From IMG/VR virus record IMGVR_UViG_3300016667_001321, positions 1 to 49,946 of that record: a stretch of DNA of 49,946 bases; one strand, 5' to 3'. This document shows, piece by piece, positions 7,726-14,946 of the stretch; the first letter of the stretch is position 1, and every line of letters begins with the position of its first letter. Under the pieces are notes generated by a model. It was not told the origin of the DNA. It worked only from the letters and a program-made list of their open reading frames with translations, and did not search any database. Source of the DNA: a virus. Taxonomy: Duplodnaviria; Caudoviricetes. A program made the translations under genes and the position numbers.

Positions 7726-7964
7726 AGAATGTGTGGAATAGTAGCGATAATGGAGGAAATCCACCTGAGGGGTTGGATGAAAAGGTGAGGAAGGGTGATC
7801 TAGTTAGGTTTACCCATTTTCCTTCATTTAATGGTTTTGTTGGGATTTACCTGGGTGTTGATGTTGATGGAGGTAGGTCAAAGTGGAAGTTTGCGACCGA
7901 TAGGGGAATGGAATGGGTGGATCCAAGGGGGTTGTCACATTATCGGGTGGATTTGGTTGATTAG
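7722..7964 (+). CDS. SH3/KOW-like small protein
   Basis: VRKGDLVRF...VGIYLG...WKFATDRGMEWV. Confidence 0.75.
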   Translation: MKNVWNSSDNGGNPPEGLDEKVRKGDLVRFTHFPSFNGFVGIYLGVDVDGGRSKWKFATDRGMEWVDPRGLSHYRVDLVD

Positions 7965-9430
7965 AGGCCGAAACGAGATTTATCAACATTGAAGTTTTGC
8001 AAAATCTCGCCTGCCGTTAAGTCTCGATCGTACACAAGGACCTGCGCAATATTTCCGTTCCAATACTCGCTGTTATTGGTTTGTCTTCCAACTACTGAAA
8101 CGCTACTTACAGTATTCCAAGACTGAGGTGTTGGACCTGAAACCAATGTGCCATTGATATACATGGATGCGTTGGTTCCATCATAAACTCCAACCATGTT
8201 AAACCATGTATTTAAAGGCACACCTGATGCCGTTATATCCGCGCCATAACCCCCGACATAATAATCCGAACCATTAATACCAAGGAATCTAGAAGCTCCA
8301 AGACTCGGTGTGCCGTATGCAAAGACCCAACTCCAGCTTCCCAAGATTGTTGCTGTTTTTGCCCAACATGAAATCGTACCAGGCGATGATCCGAATGAAA
8401 AACCGTTGGCCGTTGTTGGAGCATAGTCGTTACTACCATCAAAAATAATGCTGCCACCGTTGCCAGAGTCGTATGTCGGACCATTAGTGAGCGTAGCATT
8501 GTTACCTTGACCACTTAGGTCGGTCCACGTTGTGCCTGAACCAGGATAAGACGATGCATTACCTGCATCGAGCCGCATAACAAGGCCTGAGGTCACAATG
8601 GAAGGAGCTGACATGCCGATTCTATTAGTTAATTTGCCTGGTGTTTTTACAGGCGTTATCGATATTCCATACTTGTTAGCAAGGTATCTCTCGATCCTTC
8701 CACGGGTGACTTCATCGTGGGTGGTATTGAAGACAAGCACTTCAGCCACGGCCCCTGTCCACCGTTCTGTCGGCGCCGTTGCAGGACGACCAATGACAAT
8801 TTCCGCGACGGGATTACTGATACTTGGAACACCAGACTGTCCCATATTCGACCCGGCGGCACTGACTCCGTCAAGATACGACACAGCCTCCGTTACGTTA
8901 GCTCCCGCGACATATGGATATGAGAATATAAAAGGCTGATTCGCAGAGACTGAGCGTGCTAGCGTACCAATTCCTCCGTTCTCAAAGATCATGCCGCTGT
9001 AGTATCCTGCACCCATTCTGGCACCTGTATATGCATTAGATCCCCACGTGAACATGTCAGCCGTTGATGATGCACCACTCCAATACCCAACGACATATGT
9101 AGTACACGCAGAAGACCCTACAGGAAGTCCCGTGGGGTTCGATCTATAGTTCGAATCATTGCCGTCATAAGTGACAGATGGCATACCTCCGAGAATGGCG
9201 TCTGATGAGTTGTATGTCGGAGCACTCTCGTAGCTGTTCAAATCATTGTTGTTTGGAGAGTCATCGGGCCATGAGGTGACAGTCGCGCCGTTACTGAGTC
9301 CCAATGAATCAGCTTTATACCAGGCCACGAGATCCGACATACCAGTTGGGTCTTTCGCTGCGATGGGTATACCCCCTGTGTTTTTTAGACGTAACCCTCC
9401 AACTGATGAACCATTAATTTTAAATGTCAT
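7961..9430 (-). CDS. Two-domain LamG/concanavalin-A-like virion (fibre/decoration) protein
   Basis: AWYKAD..VTSWPD..YLANKYGI domain followed by LDAGNASSYPGSGTTWTDLSG...WFNMVGVYDG..YING..GNIAQVLVYDRDLT LamG domain. Confidence 0.75.
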   Translation of the reverse strand: MTFKINGSSVGGLRLKNTGGIPIAAKDPTGMSDLVAWYKADSLGLSNGATVTSWPDDSPNNNDLNSYESAPTYNSSDAILGGMPSVTYDGNDSNYRSNPTGLPVGSSACTTYVVGYWSGASSTADMFTWGSNAYTGARMGAGYYSGMIFENGGIGTLARSVSANQPFIFSYPYVAGANVTEAVSYLDGVSAAGSNMGQSGVPSISNPVAEIVIGRPATAPTERWTGAVAEVLVFNTTHDEVTRGRIERYLANKYGISITPVKTPGKLTNRIGMSAPSIVTSGLVMRLDAGNASSYPGSGTTWTDLSGQGNNATLTNGPTYDSGNGGSIIFDGSNDYAPTTANGFSFGSSPGTISCWAKTATILGSWSWVFAYGTPSLGASRFLGINGSDYYVGGYGADITASGVPLNTWFNMVGVYDGTNASMYINGTLVSGPTPQSWNTVSSVSVVGRQTNNSEYWNGNIAQVLVYDRDLTAGEILQNFNVDKSRFGL

Positions 9431-9456
9431 ACATCTCCTAAGTATCTCTGTTTCAT

Positions 9457-9485
9457 TGTAAATCGTTTGTCTCCTATTGTAATGT
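9457..9485 (+). promoter_or_regulatory. Putative early-type promoter TGTAAA-N17-TAATGT
   Basis: ATG 9493 lies 7 nt downstream. Confidence 0.5.
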
Positions 9486-9492
9486 TTTTACG

Positions 9493-10491
9493 ATGAGCGG
9501 AATTTTACCTCTGATTGGCCTGATAGGCTCTACGCTTCTTTCAGTTTGGGCTGCATTCAAGTACCTCCTTACTTCCTCATATCGTCTCGAGGACGGCGTG
9601 TCAAAGCTTCTTCTATCCCGAATTCGTAAGGAAAAACCTCCTTCATGGGTATTTGGTGGTGAACATGTAACACCACCTCGATTCCCTGAGTTGTGGGAAG
9701 GGTTTCTATTGCTGGACAAAATTCCTCTATACTTCCACCGAAACGAGAGGTTGATGACTGCCGGGTGGAAGTCAAAAGAATCGGTATCAACCCTTTCTTT
9801 CTTCAGGTGGAATCGTTCAGGGGTCGATAGGTTATTGGCCCAAGTCAACACCGGTGAATCGATACAGGTTTCTGCCCTCACACCACACGGAGCAGATAGG
9901 CTTGGTGAACTAGAACCAGGTGGAGAAGGTGAGTTGTACCTCAACCCAGGAAGCTATGAGGATATTGAAGAGGATGTTAGGAGAGTTGTTGCGGGTGAAC
10001 TAAATAAAACCGGCGCACTTCTCTATGGATCTCCAGGAAATGGAAAGACTCGTTTCGTCCGGTACCTCTCCAAGAAATATTCCCTACCGATCAACGTGGT
10101 CTATTTCCTTCCGGACTACAGCAACCTGGACATCAGCCTCATGTTCGCTAATGTTCCTCAGCGATCAATTGTCCTCCTTGAGGACTTCGACAACCTGTTC
10201 GATGGACGGAAGTGTACCATGCCTAACGATCAGGTGAAGTTTACCTTTGATTCTATAATCAATTCCCTCGATGGGGTACACAACGATTATCAACAGGTGG
10301 TCTTCATCATGACGGTTAATGACATTGGTAAGGTTGATGACAGCATCAAGGAGAGGCCATCACGATTCAAGTTTGTCAAGGAATTTATCCCTCCTTGCCT
10401 CGAGGTGAGGGAGAGAATACTTGGGGACAAGAACCTCGCCATCATAACTGATGGTCTATCGCTCGACAAGGTGGTTCACTTCAAAATTTAA
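9493..10491 (+). CDS. Membrane-anchored AAA+ ATPase (BCS1-like)
   Basis: N-terminal hydrophobic helix; Walker A GSPGNGKT; Walker B IVLLEDFD; INSLDG; RPSRF arginine finger. Confidence 0.85.
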   Translation: MSGILPLIGLIGSTLLSVWAAFKYLLTSSYRLEDGVSKLLLSRIRKEKPPSWVFGGEHVTPPRFPELWEGFLLLDKIPLYFHRNERLMTAGWKSKESVSTLSFFRWNRSGVDRLLAQVNTGESIQVSALTPHGADRLGELEPGGEGELYLNPGSYEDIEEDVRRVVAGELNKTGALLYGSPGNGKTRFVRYLSKKYSLPINVVYFLPDYSNLDISLMFANVPQRSIVLLEDFDNLFDGRKCTMPNDQVKFTFDSIINSLDGVHNDYQQVVFIMTVNDIGKVDDSIKERPSRFKFVKEFIPPCLEVRERILGDKNLAIITDGLSLDKVVHFKI

Positions 10492-10535
10492 AAAGAAACA
10501 TTTACGTAAGTGGTTGATATTTAGGCTGCAATACA

Positions 10536-10883
10536 ATGAGAAAAGTAAGCAAGCCTTGGGGATATGAGTTGATTTGGGCAGAGAATCCTAAATATCTTGG
10601 TAAGATATTGAACATAATGGCAGGTAAACGTCTGTCACTTCAATATCACAAGGTGAAGGACGAAACGATCATGGTGAAGAAAGGCACGATGAAGTTAGAG
10701 TTCGGAAATTCCAAGACTGGTCTCCAAGAGATAGAGATGAATGAAGGCGATTCATTTCACATCCAACCAGGACTCTTGCACAGAATGGCGGCAGTGACTG
10801 ACTGTGAGATCATCGAGGTCTCAACTTCTGAGCTCGCGGACGTGGTAAGAGTGGAAGATGATCACGGTCGTGTGAAACCCTGA
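10536..10883 (+). CDS. Cupin (mannose-6-phosphate isomerase type II C-terminal-like)
   Basis: KPWG...LSLQYH..KDE...PGLLHR...IEVS...DVVRVEDD. Confidence 0.85.
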   Translation: MRKVSKPWGYELIWAENPKYLGKILNIMAGKRLSLQYHKVKDETIMVKKGTMKLEFGNSKTGLQEIEMNEGDSFHIQPGLLHRMAAVTDCEIIEVSTSELADVVRVEDDHGRVKP

Positions 10884-12419
10884 TCACTGGTCCTCGAACC
10901 ATGATATTGATACGGATGCGTTATCGATCGTGTTGCTCACACGTTCTGCAGCAATCGTAAGAATCTCACCAGCGTTTAAAAAGAAGTTCTCGTCTTCGAC
11001 TTTTAGGATTTCCGAACCATTGGCCGCAATGATGATTGTCTTGATCAATTGCGCACCATTGACCGTTATCGATGTGGCTGCCGTATCGACCGCCGCCATT
11101 GATTTGTTCGAATCAACATGTTGAAAGTTCACAGGACCTCCTAGAGAGGCATTTTTGTAGAAATATATCTTTAGTAACTTTCCTGATGAAGAACTTCCTG
11201 AATCGTTGGCCACAGAAATATTGAATACATCGAGAGAACCAAAACAATTTTCATTCTTATAAATCCTGTTGGCCCTCAGAGACAAAACTGGTACGATAGT
11301 CGACACGTTTGCCTTGTTGGCTGATGATGAGAAGGAAATTCCGATATTCCTGGTAACCATTCCTTCGGTGAACACGCCCGCCGACGCACCTTTTAGTGTG
11401 ACGCTTGATGCTAATGATCCGCTGTTGATTACATTCCATCTTGCAGTCATCATTGGATCACGAACGATCGTGGATGTTCTTGCGTTTGCCGTCCTAATCT
11501 GGTGACAATCTGCAAGAAATCCTGTTTCAGGGTCCTCTATGGAAAATGTTGGATTCCCAAATCCCAGGAATTGATAGCCAATGCTATAAACATTTCCTTT
11601 GGTTGTGTCCAACGTGAACCTTGAAGGGCCGTTTCCATCCATCGTGTCGAGGTTCCATTGGGTCTGCGGTACAAAACTATCTGTCGGCAACACACCAGCC
11701 TGAACCGTGGCTTCCGTGGCGATTGAAACTCCGCCATTGGTAATCGAAAAAGTACCTGCCATGGGCCCAGGAACTTTGGCGGTAAAATACACGATTCCAT
11801 CTATCGATTCTGCGTACCATCCGCAGCTCAAATCTTCGTAGAAGTTTTGTGAAATCTGGTAGGAGGTCTGGTTTGTCGATGCACCACCATCGATAGATAT
11901 TGATTTGGATGCCCCGCCGAGGGTGACGACCAGAGTGGCTGCTCCCGCAGGAGGAGATGTTATCGTGAAAGATCTAATCTCACACCTTGACGTCTCGCGG
12001 TGAAGTATCCCAAACGTCGATCCACTCATCGCGAAGTAGAATCCTGATTCACGATTTCCTATGCCAACGAGCTGCTTCGTGTCGTCAGCACCAGGCCCAA
12101 ATATCGCTGTCATTCTACAGATGCCGCCTTGTCCGGCTCTATACTTCAATCCCCTCGAAAGCTGCACATGAGCAGAACCAGACATCGAAGTACCGGAAGA
12201 ACACGTCATGATGGAATCAGATGAATACAGGATATCCGAACCTACACCCGTAGATCCAGTCACCCACAGGATGTTGTTGATTCCATGAACGAAGGTCGCC
12301 TGTCCGGAAGGGTTCATATTTGAAACCAACGAGGTCCCAAAAGGCCCAACGCTTCCCCCAGCTGTTCCTACTTCACCCCTACCTTGTTCTTTTTTACCTA
12401 TTGTAGTAAATCCTGCCAT
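10884..12419 (-). CDS. Probable virion structural protein
   Basis: 511 aa, G/S/T-rich beta-type; KYRAGQG, WNLDTMDGNGPS, YQFLGFG motifs; late-type ATAATT motif upstream. Confidence 0.55.
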   Translation of the reverse strand: MAGFTTIGKKEQGRGEVGTAGGSVGPFGTSLVSNMNPSGQATFVHGINNILWVTGSTGVGSDILYSSDSIMTCSSGTSMSGSAHVQLSRGLKYRAGQGGICRMTAIFGPGADDTKQLVGIGNRESGFYFAMSGSTFGILHRETSRCEIRSFTITSPPAGAATLVVTLGGASKSISIDGGASTNQTSYQISQNFYEDLSCGWYAESIDGIVYFTAKVPGPMAGTFSITNGGVSIATEATVQAGVLPTDSFVPQTQWNLDTMDGNGPSRFTLDTTKGNVYSIGYQFLGFGNPTFSIEDPETGFLADCHQIRTANARTSTIVRDPMMTARWNVINSGSLASSVTLKGASAGVFTEGMVTRNIGISFSSSANKANVSTIVPVLSLRANRIYKNENCFGSLDVFNISVANDSGSSSSGKLLKIYFYKNASLGGPVNFQHVDSNKSMAAVDTAATSITVNGAQLIKTIIIAANGSEILKVEDENFFLNAGEILTIAAERVSNTIDNASVSISWFEDQ

Positions 12420-12461
12420 GTTGACATCCCTGACGTATAATTAACAAAGGGATCTTAAATT

Positions 12462-12854
12462 ATGTCGCTAAATTGGCCACAAAACGGAGAATACTTTTCA
12501 CCGGCCTACCAAATCTCCGCCCTACCATACCTCACTTCATCCATCATATCAGTCGGAACAATCCACAAGTACGAGTTCCCCTTCGTCACGAAGTTCATCA
12601 ACGTCGTCAACAGAGGATCAAACGCGGGCGACAAACTCGCTCTATCGTTCACTGAGAACGGCCTTCGATCAGGAAACTACGTCACACTCGACCAAGGTGT
12701 GTCCGTCGACCAAGAGGTAAGAACAACCCTCCTCTTCATCTCAGGATCCAACGGCTCATCGGTGGACTACCAGATCTTCTGCGGTCTCACGACGATCCCT
12801 GCCAAAAACTTCTTGATCCTCACGGGCTCCAACGGACACCCAGGCGTCGGCTGA
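12462..12854 (+). CDS. Conserved phage protein (paralog of 21988-22392), probably virion
   Basis: YQISALPY..FPFVTK..FTENG..LTTI...ILTGS...GVG shared with the 21988 gene. Confidence 0.7.
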   Translation: MSLNWPQNGEYFSPAYQISALPYLTSSIISVGTIHKYEFPFVTKFINVVNRGSNAGDKLALSFTENGLRSGNYVTLDQGVSVDQEVRTTLLFISGSNGSSVDYQIFCGLTTIPAKNFLILTGSNGHPGVG

Positions 12855-12884
12855 TCTCAACAGAAAAATAATTGCGCGGAGACG

Positions 12885-12913
12885 TGTAAAACCCGCTGAC
12901 CACAGGTTACTAT
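12885..12913 (+). promoter_or_regulatory. Putative promoter for the tRNA (TGTAAA-N17-TACTAT)
   Basis: Recurrent motif about 60 nt upstream of the tRNA. Confidence 0.5.
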
Positions 12914-12973
12914 AAGATCATCAAACAACGGAGGAAACGAAAACAAAAAGTTGAGTTTGTAGATCGAATGTTT

Positions 12974-13285
12974 CCGCCTCTAGCTCAATAGGTCAGAGCA
13001 GTGCGCTTAAAGGTTCATAATACTAAACAGTAAAATGCACGTATTATGAATCAGGGCTGCCGGATGAAACACTCCGGTATAACTTGACAAATTCGGGGAA
13101 CGCTAAGTGAGGAAACTCATATGCCAATCCCGAGCCAAGCCTGGTAAAACAGGAAGGTGTAGAGACTAGACGTCAAGCCCGAGAGGGAAGGGATAGTCCA
13201 GACCACAAACAACGTAGGTTGGCGATGAAAATCGCAGTGGAACTGCATAACGCAAAGTGTTACGGTTCAAGTCCGTAGGGGCGGA
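12974..13285 (+). tRNA. tRNA with CAU anticodon (probably Ile2), split by a group I intron; exons 12974-13007 and 13246-13285; CCA not encoded
   Basis: Acceptor CCGCCTC/GGGGCGG+A; D arm GCTC..GAGC; anticodon loop CT^CATAA; T arm TACGG-TTCAAGT-CCGTA. Confidence 0.9.
13008..13245 (+). ncRNA. Group I self-splicing intron (238 nt, no ORF)
   Basis: Inserted after U33 and ends in omega-G; P AAATTCGGGGAA, Q AATCCCGAGC, R GTAGAGACTAGA, S AAGGGATAGTCC; P3 CTTGAC/GTCAAG. Confidence 0.9.
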
Positions 13286-13292
13286 CAAATAT

Positions 13293-13332
13293 AAGGAACC
13301 TTTAGACTAATCCTCTAAAGGTTCCTTTTTTA
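13293..13332 (+). terminator. Rho-independent terminator after the tRNA
   Basis: AAGGAACCTTTAGA-loop-TCTAAAGGTTCCTT followed by a T-run. Confidence 0.8.
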
Positions 13333-13371
13333 TTTCTTCAATTTGTGAATGCAATTGAAGTTTGCCATTTT

Positions 13372-13409
13372 AAATAAAAATCGGCCCAGGATTTCTCCCA
13401 GGCCGACCT
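13372..13409 (-). terminator. Rho-independent terminator of the 13445 gene
   Basis: Minus strand TCGGCCTGGGA-loop-TCCTGGGCCGA-TTTTTATTTT. Confidence 0.7.
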
Positions 13410-13444
13410 ACTCAAGCTATGAGTATTGTTCGTTTAGTTTGTCA

Positions 13445-14860
13445 TCATGAAACTACGAGTGGGAACCATTCGCCAGAACCAAGGATGATTGTGTAACCAA
13501 ATCCAGGTGCCAGAGATTCGAGGGTGTTTAGGTTGACAGGCAAGTTACCTGACTCTAGCAAAGCCCCTCCGAAGTCTGTACCGCCAGCTCCCTTAGCATA
13601 GAGGCTATAGGTTGCTTGTGCTGTTGGATAAGTTGAAGATAGAACCACTGAGCTTCCAGCCGTGTAGTTCTCTGAATATCCTGAGGATATTGAGCTAAAT
13701 CCAAGCTTTACATTTCCATTCACTTGCAGCGTGAACGAAGCGCCCGATGCCGTTCCTGCATACGTGCTTATCACATACGAAGGTGAAGGACCAGTTGGGT
13801 CAGTGTAGTAGCTTGGGGTTAGGTTTAGAGAGTTGAGATCGACTGGCATCGATCCTGACAATGTCGTTGAACCACTTACGAGTGTGTATGAGGTATCTAC
13901 GAAGTCAGTTGAAAGTGTTGCTGGATCTGCAGAACGGTTGAAATATATGTACATTCCTTCAGCAACGACCGATGTGCCTGAATTCCCATCATAATTGGAA
14001 ATTCTTGTGGAACCAATGCCGTCCATCGTGAATGTCAGGCCTGAAGCAACAACTGTGTAGCTTATCGGTGAACCACTTGGTCCGACTGCCAACCCAAGTG
14101 TGTCGATATCGATAGGCATATTTCCGCTCGCTACAACGCTTCCTCCGCTGGAGATAGAGTAGGTTGTGTCTGGGTCTGTTGTGTCAAGTGTAGTAGAGGT
14201 ACCTTTGTAGTATGAGACTGACCAACCGGCTTCCACTGTGCTACCACCGTAAGTCAGTGGTGATCCACCTCCGCCACCACCACCTCCACCACCTGCTGCG
14301 ACACCGGTGACTGTTAGTGTAAATGATCCTGTGTAACCTGAGCTGTAAGTTGTGACTTCGATTGCACCCGTAAATGGTGCCAACCCATCATAGGTCCAAA
14401 CTATTCTAGATAGTGAACCTGCCCCATCATCGTCATCTTCGTCGATGAGGTTGAGGTAGCTGTAGGCTGTAGAATCAGCTGTTGAGTGGAGGTACATGTA
14501 GGTGTCAAGTGAGCTTGCTGTTATCTCAAATGTGTAATCACCCTCATCTCCTGGGTTCAATTCGAATACATAATAGACGCTATAGTATCCGCCGCCTCTC
14601 GATGCTGAGTCGACTGCTGCTGTAATATTTTCTGATGAATATACTGCACTTCCAAGAGAGCTGGCAACGTCTAGCAGTGTGGCAGGTCTGGTGTCTCCTG
14701 CAGCAAGTGGATTTAATGCTCCACCGCCACCGCCACCGCCACCACCGCCACCCTCGAGTGGTGCTGTGCCTGCTCCCATTCTTCCTCCCAGGCCCAAGTC
14801 AACTAACTTAATCTGTTGACCGGCTGTATAATTTGTTGTTTTTTTCCATTTAATGGCCAT
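13445..14860 (-). CDS. Gly/Ser/Thr-rich probable virion protein with a PPC-like (pre-peptidase C-terminal) domain and repeated Ig-like modules
   Basis: Poly-Gly linkers; DTYMYL..DEDDDDGAGSLSRI; repeated 'SG(N/S)(M/L)P(I/V)' units; start at MAIKWKK. Confidence 0.55.
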   Translation of the reverse strand: MAIKWKKTTNYTAGQQIKLVDLGLGGRMGAGTAPLEGGGGGGGGGGGALNPLAAGDTRPATLLDVASSLGSAVYSSENITAAVDSASRGGGYYSVYYVFELNPGDEGDYTFEITASSLDTYMYLHSTADSTAYSYLNLIDEDDDDGAGSLSRIVWTYDGLAPFTGAIEVTTYSSGYTGSFTLTVTGVAAGGGGGGGGGGSPLTYGGSTVEAGWSVSYYKGTSTTLDTTDPDTTYSISSGGSVVASGNMPIDIDTLGLAVGPSGSPISYTVVASGLTFTMDGIGSTRISNYDGNSGTSVVAEGMYIYFNRSADPATLSTDFVDTSYTLVSGSTTLSGSMPVDLNSLNLTPSYYTDPTGPSPSYVISTYAGTASGASFTLQVNGNVKLGFSSISSGYSENYTAGSSVVLSSTYPTAQATYSLYAKGAGGTDFGGALLESGNLPVNLNTLESLAPGFGYTIILGSGEWFPLVVS

Positions 14861-14911
14861 AAAGAATCTCCCAATCGAACGTGATGTAAACGCCCGATGC
14901 AAAGATAAATA

Positions 14912-14940
14912 TGTAATCTTTCGTTGACACGTTATAATAT
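14912..14940 (+). promoter_or_regulatory. Putative early-type promoter of pilY1 (TGTAAT-N17-TAATAT)
   Basis: ATG 14947 lies 6 nt downstream. Confidence 0.45.
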
Positions 14941-14946
14941 TGAGGT

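Noticed and set aside
1-7960. Alanine avoidance as protein-level or tRNA-Ala-driven selection
   Set aside because: GC is depleted in all frames and on both strands, and GAC/GTC (not Ala codons) are depleted too, which points to DNA-level selection.
7955-7970. Chimeric assembly at the compositional boundary
   Set aside because: Both sides share the promoter motifs, the LRxxIRE leader and SH3-like paralogs, and the convergent stops overlap neatly. Not fully excluded without reads.
12974-13285. Initiator tRNA-fMet
   Set aside because: C1 pairs with G72 and the three consecutive G-C anticodon-stem pairs are absent. Elongator Met cannot be fully excluded.
14268-14752. (CCA/CCG)n repeats
   Set aside because: They encode poly-Gly linkers of the minus-strand protein.
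14924-14938. Perfect TTGACA and TATAAT upstream of pilY1
   Set aside because: Only 3 nt apart, so not a sigma70 promoter as a pair.
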